The notes beneath the pieces are model-generated. The model did no database searches, was not told where the DNA came from, and saw only the letters and a list, made by a program, of their open reading frames with translations. A DNA stretch of 58,129 bases, counting the filler, from Dimargaris cristalligena (taxonomy: Eukaryota), in NCBI GenBank assembly GCA_003614675.1. It is 2 parts of 2 records of this genome, joined end to end, with 100 filler letters (N's around TTAATTAATTAA, not from the genome) between each part and the next. Parts side by side here need not be neighbours in the genome. Positions count along the whole stretch, not along the records: positions 29,149 to 58,129 come from ML002493.1; 1 more part is not named here. One strand, given 5' to 3'. Numbering within the stretch: the stretch's first letter is position 1; the number at the start of each line of letters is the position of its first letter. The position numbers and the translations under genes are program-made. Positions 34,452 to 46,834 of this stretch are shown here, piece by piece.

Positions 34452-37212
34452 CTAATCGGTCAGCTGACGGAAGCGCTCCTCCATCTCCTTAGCCAGGTTG
34501 GTGTACCGTTCCCGCAGGACCTCTTCACCATCGGCAGGGTCTTCGAACTTCATAGAGCTCAGCTTGTAGATGATGTCACCCATGTTGTCCCGGATCTTGG
34601 CCCAAGTGACCTGACCCCGGGTTACCTCCACGGCGTGGGTGGCGTGAGTGTAGAAACCGATCATGTTGCGCAGGAGCCAGACGGTCTTGTAGAACGGGCA
34701 GTAGCGATCGTAGCTGGAGTAGCCGTTCTGCTGAAGGAAGTCGTCCTTAATAATACGAGCCACCTCCAGAGTAATCTTATCCGACTCGGCCAGGGCACTC
34801 TTACCGACCAGCTGGACAATCTCGGAAAGATCCTCCTCCATCTGCAGGATTTCCTTACACCGGGTGCGCAGATCGATAAATTCGGGATCAAACTTCTCGT
34901 AGTAGGGGGTCAGGGCCTGCATGTACTTGGAGTAACTAAGGGACCAGTTAACCGACGGGAAGTGCTTACGCTGGGCCAGCTTCTTGTCCAAACCCCAGAA
35001 CACCTGTACGATACCCAGGGTGGCCGAGGTTACGGGGTCAGAGAAGTCACCACCGGGGGGAGACACGGCACCAACCACACTCACACTACCCTGACGGTTG
35101 GGGTTACCCAGACAGTGAACCTTACCGGCACGCTCGTAGAAGGAGGCCAGACGGGCGCCCAGGTACGCTGGGTAACCGCTATCGGCGGGCATTTCGGCCA
35201 AACGACCCGAAATTTCACGCAGAGCCTCGGCCCACCGGGAAGTCGAATCGGCCATCATGGCCACGTTCTTACCCTGATCACGGAAGTACTCGGAAATGGT
35301 AATACCGGTGTAGATGGAAGCCTCACGGGCGGCCACGGGCATGTTGGAGGTATTGGCCACCAGCGTGGTACGCTTCATGATGGACTCCTGGCGGCCGTCA
35401 ATCTCCACGGAAAGCTGGGGGAAGTCCATCAAGACTTCGGCCATTTCGTTACCGCGTTCACCACATCCAATGTACACAATCAGGTCGGAGTTGGAGTACT
35501 TGGACAGGGACTGGGAAATCACAGTCTTACCGCACCCAAAGGCACCGGGAATGGCGGTAGTACCACCCTGGACACAGGGGAATAGGGCGTCGAGCACACG
35601 CTGACCAGTTAGCAGGGGGTAGTTGGCGGCCAGCTTCTCGGCCACGGGACGGGGAGAACGAACGGGCCAGATCTGCAGCATAGTGTGCTGGGTGGTCTTG
35701 CCCTCGAATTCGGTTTCCAGGACCACATCCTCCAGATTGTACGAGCCCTTAGGGGCCATGTAGGTGATAGTACCCAGGGCTTTGGGGTTCAGCATAATAG
35801 AGTGGTTGGCCACCAGGGAGTTTTCGTAAACATGGGCGAAAATGTCACCACCGGTAATGTGATCGCCCACCTAAAGTGACATGGGAAAGACACGGATAGA
35901 TCATAAAAGGGGAGGGGATACATACGGTTATTACGGGGGGTTTAGCATACTAGTGACTCTCAGCCCCGTGGTGAATAATCACGTCGGGAAAATGGCCTAT
36001 ACACCGAAGGACGGGGATATAGGAGTTGATGACTTACCCGGAACTCGGCGGGGTTGAAATCCCAGGAGAGAGTTTTGTCGAGGGCGGGGGTGTCAATACC
36101 ACGGGGAATGTAAATACTCTGGGACATGTCTTGGATACCCTGTTAGAGTGAAGGAGAATACGCGGAAACGGAGAGTTGAACGATGGAGGCGGTTAGTATA
36201 TGTACAGGTACCCAATTGCGATGGGTGGGTGGTTCGCATAAAGGGATGCCACTAATTAATAGCCGGAGGGATATGGATACATATTACTCTAAGGACACTA
36301 CTTACCTTCAGAGGGCGCTGGATACCGTCGAAGGTGTTGGAGCACAGACCTATTCACAGTCAGTTTGGGAGGGAGAGGAGCGGGTCAGAGTAAAGATTAG
36401 TATACTTTCGTGGTTGAGCCGATCGAGGACACGCCTAATTAGGATAACGGAGCATCCTATAGGGGTATATGAGGGTCATATTTGTAAAAAAAATATTGGG
36501 ACTGTACTTACCGGGTCCGAGTTCGGCAGACAGGGGCTTGCCAGACCGGAGGACGGGGTCACCAATGGTTAAACCGGCTATTGGGATTGTATAAAAATGG
36601 GGTATATAATACAATAATGCCAGGATTAGGGTTAATAGACCGTAAAGCAAGGAATGCCCCGGAGCGTGGGTACAGAGACAGGAGATGGGGGAGGGGAATA
36701 TTACAGCGGATGCCAAGAAATTACCACCAAGCGCAAGAATAGGTAGGGGGGTTACTTGAACTTACAGGTTTCCTCGTACACCTGGATAGTGGCCTTGTCG
36801 CCATCCAGACGAATGACTTCACCGACCAGGGCACCGTGGCCGACACGTACCAGCTCGTGCATGGCCGAGCCGTTCATTTTCTCGGCGATGACGACTAATG
36901 ATAGTGATCGAGAGGGATGGGGTAGGGGTTTGCGAGAATTAGTGCCATGCAGTATTGATACCGGGTGGATATATATATATATATATATATATATAGGGAA
37001 GTCGGCAGCGGAGTAGTTAGCCAGGGTGGGGGAGGGGATGTGAATGAACAGGGGGTCTTCTAATGCGGGCTAATGAAGCGCCAAGTAGACCGGAGAACGG
37101 AGGAGGGGGACTTACCAGGTCCCGAGATGGAGTAGACGTAGCCATATCGGCTTTCCTTTTCGTCTTCGAGACGGCGAAGATCTCTCTTGGCGTTTTCCAA
37201 AGCACCAGCCAT
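34452..37212 (-). CDS. VMA1: V-type H+-ATPase catalytic subunit A; exons 37212-37116, 36894-36766, 36577-36512, 36349-36306, 36139-36038, 35870-34452
   Basis: Spliced MAGALENA...YSISGP/VVIAEKM...[18 protein letters not shown]...[14 protein letters not shown]/..IYIPRG. Walker [35 protein letters not shown]. All introns are GTAAG..AG and in phase. Confidence 0.97.
36969..36995. repeat. (AT)13 microsatellite in VMA1 intron 1
   Basis: Read directly. Confidence 0.9.
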
Positions 37213-37776
37213 TGGGATAAACGATGGGGGGATGGGGGCTACTAAGTGGTATAGAGAAGAATAAAGGGGGGCGAGTTGGAAGATGGCTAAGAGGGGGAAT
37301 GTAGGTAGAGGAGATAGGGGTAGTGGGAGTGGAGGTTAAAGGGCAAGGTATAGTAGTATATACAATAGGAGCAGCGCAGTCCAAAGAAGGGATAATCACT
37401 GGTTAGTAGTGAATGAAGCTACTTCTTATACTGGAACTGGGAAGAGGAGTGGGGAATGACACCATAGCTGAGGCAAAGCGGCGGTATAAGAATAGCAAGG
37501 CGGGGTATAGAGCTCAACTTACCGAGATGCAACGAGCAGCGGCCGGGCACTTAAAACAGAAGTATAGGTGTAGCTGAAGGTAAGCAGCAAGTGCGGGGAA
37601 AGCTCACACTATGGGTGTGGAGAATAGTAGTCGGGAATGGGGTGGTAGTAGTGGTAAGTAAAGCAAAAGGAAGGGAGAGGGACACAGAGGCGCGTCTACA
37701 CAGTAGATAGATATGGCAAGTAAGTCTACCGAAATACTGTAGTCGGAGAGAAAGAGAGAGGGAAAGGTCTAATGAC

Positions 37777-37826
37777 CGAAACGAAACGAAACGAAGCAGA
37801 CTAAAGTAAGGTAAAGTAAAGTAAAG
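37777..37826. repeat. Pentanucleotide repeats (CGAAA)n then (GTAAA/G)n upstream of VMA1
   Basis: Read directly. Confidence 0.75.
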
Positions 37827-39504
37827 TGAAAGGGACCGAGAGAAGAAAGGGAAAAGAAGGGGGTGTGGGGAGAGAGATATACACGGCGCCTACAAGGGAC
37901 GATTACTTAGGGTTGACCCCCAGCAGCAGCGGACTATATGCGTACTCGGCAGTTCGGTGACGAAGGGACTTTCTTGGCCCTCCCTCTCCCTACAGCTACA
38001 GCAACTGAGACTGACTGGGCTAATGTTGGGGGAAATGTAATGTGGTATACCTCCATTTATCTATCTATCCACACGCCCGTGTGCGCGCGTAGCGTTCGTT
38101 TGTACCAGTCGGCGCCAACGCCCCGTGTACCCCACACCAGCCGCCATTAGTAAACCCGCTCAGGGAGAGGGAAGTGTAGGCCACAGATATTGCGACCCTG
38201 TTCGTTCCATCCACTATAATAGAGAGAGAGGGGGGGGGAGCGACTAGGCATCTCCCCCGCCAGCAGGTCGCGCTCCGCTTTCTTATCCCGTCCCTACTAA
38301 TAATGGGGGCGTAAGGTTGCACGATGATAGCTGCTGGTGGTTCTTCTCCCGTCTCCATAGGAGCCCAGTAACCAAACCCTCTTGCCTGCCCTATACGATA
38401 TACCATTAGGCACAGCTCTCAGACACCGCTGCTTCCCCTCTTTATCGCCTACTTTCCCGTCGTAACTGGGATGGGGATGTGACAGGCTACATGGCAGCAC
38501 AAGGGTGTGACACCGCTACCGAGGCGACTGTGTGGTTGTTGTCTGCCTCCGTTTCGTTGGTCACCACCACACCACCCTTCCCCTCTAAGTAACCCCCCTC
38601 CCCCCACCACCCCTATTACTACCATTTTCCGATGAAGTAGCCCGTCGTTCCTCGTTTGACCCGCGCAAGTGTTATTACGGGCTTGGGAGAGTATTTCTTT
38701 GCGTCTTTCATTATCAGAGGTCCAGTGGGTGCGCCTAATCTTCCCCATAAATACACCGCTAATAATTTCTAGCTCAGCACTTGGAAGAACGAAGCCCACC
38801 TCTCCATCCACCACCATTCAGTCGGCAAAACTCGGACTGATAACGAACGAACCCCTCGCTCTCTTCCCTTTTTTTAAACTCTGAGGGAGGGAGGGGGTCA
38901 TGCGTTGGTTGGTACAACCCCCGTCGTCCAACCTTCCACACGAGTCAAATGACCTTATGCCGGTCTGCGAAGTACCATAACTATTTAATCGCACCCTCTC
39001 TACTCCTTCCCCCTCCTCATTGACCCACCATGTCCATGTACAATCTACTGACACCGATAAACGCTACGTGCGTCCGGGCCAGCAGGGCATTTCCTCTACA
39101 TCCAAGGACACACATAATAATAGGCGGGGCTATAAAAAGTAGTCGTACTTGTAAAAAGGGTAAAATTCTTATTGGGTAAATTATCAAAAACGGTATCAGG
39201 GCCCTCTATTTTGGAAATAAATAAAGGAACAGAAATCATTACCCATTTAACCGACAGGCACACTAAGTTGACTCGGTCGGTAGTGGATCAGAGGGCAGGA
39301 GGGTATGGAGTAGGCTATATAGTTAGCGTCGGTATCGATAGTATAAAGATATCGATATATATATATATAAGCCCTGCCGGGAAAAAAAATAACTAAATGA
39401 CGAAGTATGTATGTCACAAATGGGGGAGCGCTCTAGAGAGAAAAGAGGTCATGCGTGGTGATACAAAAGAGAAGCAGGGCTGGAATCAATAGAGGGTCGT
39501 CGGG

Positions 39505-42500
39505 CTACTCTTCGCCACTACTAGGCTCCTGCTGAAGGAAGAACCGGCGGCCAGTTTCGATTAATTCGGCCTCGAGGGCACGTTCCTCGTCACTTGGATC
39601 GATGTCCTGGGGTTCTTCGTAGCCACCCATATCGTCGGAATCTAGATCGCGCTCTTCGTCCTCATCATGGTCGTCCTCATCGTCTTCATCGTCAACATCG
39701 TCATCATCCATACCGCTGTCGTTGTCGCTGTGCTCCGATGTGACGTGGAACAAGGGGTCGCTGGGGTCCTCCCGCCCGGATCGGAACAGCAGGGTTTCCC
39801 AGAAGCTATCCTCCGGTTGGCGAGACGACCGATTCCGAGAGGGACGCGAGGTGCCATTTTGACTCTCGGGAGTGGTATTATTTAGTTGTGGCGAAGTGGG
39901 CATGGAGTTTGACAGGCCACGAGGTCCCCAACTAGGTTAATAAGAAACAACCATTCCGAAACAAAACATTGATTAATTTAGGACAGATCATCACCGGTAT
40001 CGATTAGTGCACTAATGTTGCCAATTGAGCTAGCCAATCAATCAATACCAATATCTCACGCTTAGTCTATCCAAATAACTTAGATTGGCGTTAGAATAAT
40101 TCAATAGTAGGTATGCGGTTATAATAACTTACATCTTAACGGTCTTATCGTCGCTGGCGGTGGCAAACATTTGGCTATTGACAGGGCTCCACGCCACAGC
40201 ATTGACAGTTTGATCGTGCGCGCGAACGCTATCCAGAATCTTACCCGAGAAACGGTTCCAGATGTAGACCTTGCCGTCTAACAGACATTGTTGTTAATGG
40301 GAGTAAATAGCGGCGTTTAAAAATAAAAATACAATGGGTCAATACATCTTCCCAACGATATACGTACGTATGGTGGGTGTTTACACCGACATAAGTCTGG
40401 GCTAGTAAATACGAAGGATGTGCGACTCAAACTTATACTTAACGATGGAAAATACAATACTAACCTTCACCTCCGCAAGCCACATGGAGTCGATCGACGC
40501 CAGCAAAGCACGGCCGTAGGATATAGTTGCCATGGATATGCCCTCGGAATGTCTGGACTACCGCTCGATTCTTGACGTCCCAGAGTTGCATCCCCTTTAC
40601 AATAGGCATGTTCAATAAATATCACCCCAGCAAATAATATATATATATCACGTGAGTTAGAAGGTGCACCGAGAAAAGGAGTTAAATAGTATATAAATGG
40701 TGGATGACATCAGTACAGGTTACCTGGGCAGTTGTTTCCTGATACATTAGCCAGACAATAATCCAAGTCCGGGCTGGCAGTTCATCATAGACTGCTAACA
40801 ACCTAATAGTTACTTACCCCGTTGACAAAACTGATGAGCAGGTAGTTCCGGTTGGAGGGTAGAGACGTAAGTGACGATACAAAGTTGGATACGTTGAAGG
40901 AGCTGGCGGAGTAAATATACAGGCAAACCAATTAGGCATTGGTGAAGAAGAGAAATTGGCATAGGTAACCAAATGGGCGACCGGTACAGGTTAGTAAAGT
41001 TGCGGTATCCAGTAAACATAGCCGCCCTATAAATGGACAAGACATTAACAATGTATATCGATATATAAAATAACCTAGCGTCTTCAACTCACCTTTGTTC
41101 TAACCGACTCTCGATGTTATAACAGTAGATCTTCTTCTGATCACAACCCACGTAAAGTAGAGCCTTATCGGGGTTCAAGGCCATATCGTGTACCCGGGGG
41201 CCATCAATCTCCCCACGAAGATTCGCATCCATATCCTGTTGGTGAGCATCATGACGGTATTGATTTACAGAATATACATGATTAGTGCCAATGTCCTTTG
41301 TACACGTAGTAAATGCGAAGAGGAAGGGTATATATTCTGGGTACAGTGCGCTGTATTATAGATCATAGAACATACCCATATGTAGATTTTGCCATCTTGG
41401 CCACCGCTGATAAACTGTTGGCCATCGGGAAGCCATATGACCGATGTGGTGGGCTGGGTGTGTCGAGTAATGGATTGCTGACATGAGCCGTTCTATACCA
41501 CGGTTGAATTGCGGGGGATCCGGTTCAATTTAAGGAATATAGGAAAAATCGGGGCAGAGTTAGTTAGTAAAGTGGGGAGGGCCAGGGTCGCTTACATCAT
41601 TAAAAATACGAAAAACCAGAGAGGTGGTTGCCATCTTGTTACTTACCGAGATAAGCCAGAGGCGGACAGTGGCATCGTGACTACCGCTAAGCAAATGCGT
41701 GCCGTCGGGTGACCAGGCCAAGCAGGTAATGGGCTTTTGGTGGCCTGATAATTGGTGCAATAGTACTTGATTCTGGGGGTTGGTATACACGGCAGTAATG
41801 CACAATGAGTATAAAGAAATCGTCAATTTCAAGGGAGTAGGTGAATGCTATAACGCGGGGTTGCATTTCGCTCAATGTGAGGCTATATTAGACCGTTCAG
41901 GTATGGACCTCAACTACGCCCGTTAGCGTAAAGGCATAAACAAAAGATAACTTACCTCGACATCCCAGATACACAGAGTATTGTCTTTCGAACCTGACGC
42001 CAGGAAAGCACCGTCGGGAGAGAAGGCCAATAGCCATACTTCATCGGTATGGGTAGTGAAGGTATGTACAACTTTCCGGGGGAATTTCACTCTGGAGGTG
42101 CCAAAAATGAGGACAATATGACAGCGCAATGGTTCAGCGGAAGGTAAGTACACCGGGCATTGCGTAGATTTGGGCCTTATGATTCAACGATAGGAAGGCA
42201 ATGCCCTACAAAAGAAGCCTGCTGATGAACCGCGGGACGAGTTAAATTAATTTGGGAAAACTTACAGGTCGCAGTGGTGGTCGCTAAAGAGGGTGACGCT
42301 GGAGGAATCATCGGTGTGGAAGGGGCAGTTCTGCTTTTGGAACTGGAACGATTGTTCGAAAAGGGATTCCAGTCGTTTTGGAGGCACCATCATGCGAGGC
42401 GGTATCAGTCCTAGGAAGAAAAAATAGTAATAGTAAAAAAAGACCAAGCCAGCTGGATTAACATGCTGATTAGATTAACTAGGAATTATTGTACTGATAC

Positions 42501-43808
42501 GTAACCGGGCGTATTGATCAGAATATCCCGGGAGAGATGATCATTTGGAGCAGCACGAGTATTAGACGCGACCCACCAACTGCCAGTGGACGGCACTTAC
42601 CTTGGAGTTTCTCGAGTAGCCGCGTCCGGGATATTCCTTTCGCACCATCCCACTTCGACTGCTTGTAGAGAGCCTCCTTCGACATGAGGAATATGTAACT
42701 AACATGGAGAATGAAGATATGTATATAAGCGAATAGGGGAGTTAGTAACAGAGCATCGGCCTAATGCACCAACTAATAGTCGGATTACGATGGTTGGGAT
42801 TGAGCCACTGTAAACCTGCGACTGGCCACAATGCGAGGCTATCCAAACAGCGGTCTAGAACACCTTATCGAACTCATGATCAGTGTGACCACCAAAGGGA
42901 ATAAAGCAGGACTTACGCAGAAAGTTCTCTAATTTTCGAAGAAGAGTTGGGTAAGCTGGATAGTTCGTTCTGCAGAATCTGAATGGCCCTCTTGGTGGCC
43001 CGTGCTTCGATGCTCTCCAAGAACTTCTGTTCGCGGATCAGAAGCAAAGCGTTCTGTAGGATTCGATGAATTATATATATAATATACAGAGGCGGATAGT
43101 CCAATCGAGAGGGGTTACTGGGTTAGCTTATGGACATCATCGATGGATTAACCGATCACTCGGGTGGCGGTTTACTAGGGAAATGCACGACGGGACAAGC
43201 GTACCGTTATGACCGGCTGATGGATCAGGAGGATCGCATGCGCATAGTGAGCCACTAGATACACCCGCCCTCCTGTAGACCCTCCCACATGTCCCAGGTG
43301 TCCAAAGAAGAAGCCTACCCCAGCTCCAACATACCAATATTAATTGGTATTGGTATTAATACTGGGTCTGGGGAGGGGATGTGTCATGGATATAGGATGC
43401 GCCAGATCTCACACTTACCTGAATATGTTTTTCCTTGGCTAATTCAAGCTGGGGCAGCCGCTTCTCGACTTCGGCCCACTGTCCCTGAAGGACCAGGCAC
43501 CGGAACTCGGAAACGACGGGGTGTTCGAGGCGACACTGTGACTCTTGCTCCAGGGTCCGGGCGGCCTGGGGATAGCCCATCAGGAGCATCTGCTGAACCA
43601 TCAAGCGGGTGATTTCCTCTCGATCAAACTTGGAGTGGTAGTCTGGTGGGGGAGTGAACGGGACCAGCGGCCGACCACCGTTGGTGGCGACCACTACTCC
43701 GTTGCCGTTACAAGGTTTACCGGCGGGTTCCAGCTCGGAGGCGCTCTGTAGCGGACTGTCGGCACGGGGCGGGACGATTGCGTCAGCGGCGAGGGGCGGC
43801 GGAAGCAT
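39505..43808 (-). CDS. GID7: GID7/WDR26 (LisH-CTLH-WD40) subunit of the GID/CTLH E3 ligase; exons 43808-43419, 43053-42917, 42698-42601, 42410-42266, 42091-41956, 41772-41647, 41492-41376, 41235-41093, 40902-40818, 40594-40465, 40277-40133, 39931-39505; true start may be further upstream
   Basis: Lis[89 protein letters not shown]-type motif (TLFSDHHC), WD40 repeats HTDEVW..FSPDG..LASGSKD, acidic C-tail. All junctions are GT-AG and phase-consistent. Confidence 0.92.
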
Positions 43809-46800
43809 GGTGGTGGCAGTTGAGGTAGAAGTAGAAGAGGACGGGTTGGAGGAGGAGGTGGTGGTGGCGGGTTGTAGATGAGAGGCGGCCCGGCTAGGGA
43901 CCAGACGGGGCTTCTTACGACTAGGGGTGTCTGGGGCGACGGCCTGGGTGGAGGAGGGGGACACGGACTGCGAGGAGGCGAGGTCCTGATCGGGGGCAGC
44001 GAAAGGTCGCTTGTGGTTTTCGTTATTCTCAGCCAAAACGACGACCGCTCCGTTTCGGGAGACGTGGGGTAGTGGGAGTTGAGGTGGTGGGGGCTTAATA
44101 ATATTAATAATAATAATAAGTATAGAAGTAATACTCAAGAGTGACTGGGGAATTTAGGTGGTATAGTGGTTAATCAGCGGTAAAAGGGGGGAGGAGAAGG
44201 AACGCCGAGTACAGGACTGGTATGGTATGTATGGTATGATATGTGAAAAAGGGATACGCCGAGCAGTGTACACCGAAAAACACGGACTGGGGCAAGTAGA
44301 CGCTATCTCGACTGAGGGCGATCCGGCCAACAACGAGACCTGGTTATGTGGGCGGGGCTTAGTTAGGTATTAGTTAAACGAAGCGCCCAGGAAGAGGCGG
44401 GTGATGGGAGGAGAGAGTGCGAGAAGCTCGGGCCAAAGGTGAGGGTAATGTAATAATAAGAAGAAGAAGAATATGAATGAAGAAAGCCAGAAGGGAAGAA
44501 AGAGGAGAAAGAGGAGGGAGAGGACCAGGGGTGCTATAGTCCTCTCCAAACTAGGTAAGGGTAGTAGGTAGTATAGGCAATAGAAGCAAAGTAAAGCAAA
44601 GCAAACGAACGAGGTGGTCAAAGTGAGAAGCATTTGGACTTGGAGCGTCTGGGCATTCTGGAAGAAGCCCCTCGAGCCCGAGCCGCGGAAACAGCCGCCA
44701 TTCCTCGCCTCTTCCCTTAGTCGAGTGGATACAGCTGGACTGACGACAGTCCGTACTGTAGGCACTGTGGGCTGAAACGACGACACAACTACCTGCCTAG
44801 TTAATGCCACGTCCGTTGTTTCTCGAGCAGATTTAGGACTGACAATAATAGTAGTATGAGTAGTAGTAGTGGTGGTGGTGGTTTAGCTGGCCCAACTGCT
44901 GGGGCCTTGATCAAAGAATAATAGTGGGTTTGACGCGGGGGGCTTGCAAGAGGGGCTTTAAAGAGATGGGTTGGTAAACAAACGGCTTTATCGATATTTA
45001 CTTTGTGTATCACCCCCCCCTCCTCGCACACTTGGCTTAAGGGCCCGCCGCTGACTAACAGACAACCACCCGGTAAATAGGTAGAGTAGATGGCATGTAT
45101 GTACGATATGGCCCAAATGGGGCGGGTGCCTTAAGGAAAATGGGGGGGGGGTCCTTTTGCCCTGGGCTCTAAATATTAGGATTAGGGTTCCAACCCAGGT
45201 CGGCGTCACTCAACAAACCGCAACCACACCCCAATTACATTCCACTACATCAATAGGAAGATGTAGACCACATTTCCAATCAAGGTCACTGGATAAGGCA
45301 ATTAGGAGAAGAAGGATATTCTTCCGTCACAAGAGTGTCCCATGGTCATATGTATCCACCCACAAATATACTTATATAGATGGCCCGGATTTGCATTATA
45401 GCCCGAATTCGACGAACCGGCGAGCGGGAAAATAAAGAAGGCCAGCGGGAGACATAGTATTATATAGCTAGCACATGTTCAGGGACCCCATATAATTCAC
45501 GCGGCGGGACAAGGCTGGAGAAATAGAGAATACGAGTTGGTGTGGGCAGTATTACCCCGACCCCATCATACATCTCTGCTCGAAGTGGTCCTCCTACACT
45601 CTCCAATCAATCAAGACTCATTTTATCCTACTAAGTGAATCCCTGCCACAATCGTACGGTACGTAACATGGTTTTTTTAGTAAGCAAGAGCGAGCGAAAG
45701 AAACTGTCGTTCAAGTGACCACCAGCCACATAATCCAAACGCCCTCAACCAAGTAGGTATGTAAGTAAGTGGTGACACCCCTGGCAGAGCCTATCGCTGC
45801 TGGCGGCCATCCACGTACCAAACGATTGGTGGTCAAACAGATATTTCTCAAGCAAAGCCAACAAACAGCCACACCGTCCCACCTTCTTGACTCGCCGGGA
45901 GAAATAACTTCTCAATCCAAGGCCAGTCAGTAGTAGTAGTAGCAGTAGTATATAAGTAACTCTCGCCTATCAGTATCCATATTATATATATGGGCGAAAT
46001 GATCCAATCGACTGAAATGGCCTTGTAGAATTGCTGTAAATAATATGTCAATTGGTCCCATCCAAACCCTTCTTCCCGCTTAGGCGGGGCGGTGTAGTGT
46101 GTCTAGCGGAAATATAATGTATACCTCCTTCCTGGGTTATATGATTAAACTCAAAGACCACGCTCAGCAACAATGGCTTCGCTCCGGGAATGTGCAAGAT
46201 AATCTGATTCCGACCCCCTCCCCCTATCAATCGAATAGAGGGGATGATGCTTGTCTAAACCCGCCTAAGCGGGGAGATATGCAGGGGGGAATTACCGCAA
46301 TGAACATTCCAAAATCTCAAAAATGTTGGCCACAGTTTATGAAAAGGGAATATTTATTTGAACAGAGGGTAGTAGTGTATCTACCTAGACTAAACTCCAC
46401 ACGTATATATATCAAAATACGGTATCAAGTCGGCGTAGAGCCGAGGGTGACGAGAGAACGGAGATATATACATATATCGGATAAACCTGGCAAATTGACA
46501 CCCGAGATGTAACAAACGCGCGCATTGACAAGGACGGTAGTAGAGGAGAGGAGAGGACAAGACAGACATTACCATGGGTCTTCAACACCTCTGAAATAAG
46601 GTTATAGAGAGAGAGAGATATGTTAGTCAACGGCTGGGGGAAGCTCCCCCCCCTTTCCCGGTCCACTCAATCCCCTGACGGATAGTAAAAGGGCTAATGG
46701 TTCTCAACTAGGAGGAGAAGAACCTTCGAGAGAGAGTGAGAGAGGGTTATATAAAGAAAAGAGCGGGCGACGAGTCACACAATGTCCTCCCCCTCACCCC

Positions 46801-46834
46801 TTCCCGAATTCAATGGACAATTAGAATGTTGTAA

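Noticed and set aside
35440..35480. VDE/PI-SceI intein insertion site in VMA1
   Set aside because: [12 protein letters not shown] is contiguous, so no intein is present.
34416..35585. 389-aa ORF antisense to VMA1, and similar overlapping ORFs in NCR1, FSC1 and the CBM19 gene
   Set aside because: Same antisense codon-bias artefact.
44245..44260. GTATCCCT on minus resembling a U12-type donor in the GID7 leader
   Set aside because: Mismatch to RTATCCTT, no clear CCTTAAC branch site, and all modelled introns are U2-type.
44370..44810. 146-codon hydrophobic ORF upstream of GID7 (also 48408-48701 and 31764-32141)
   Set aside because: Translation of pyrimidine-rich or microsatellite leader sequence with non-ATG starts.
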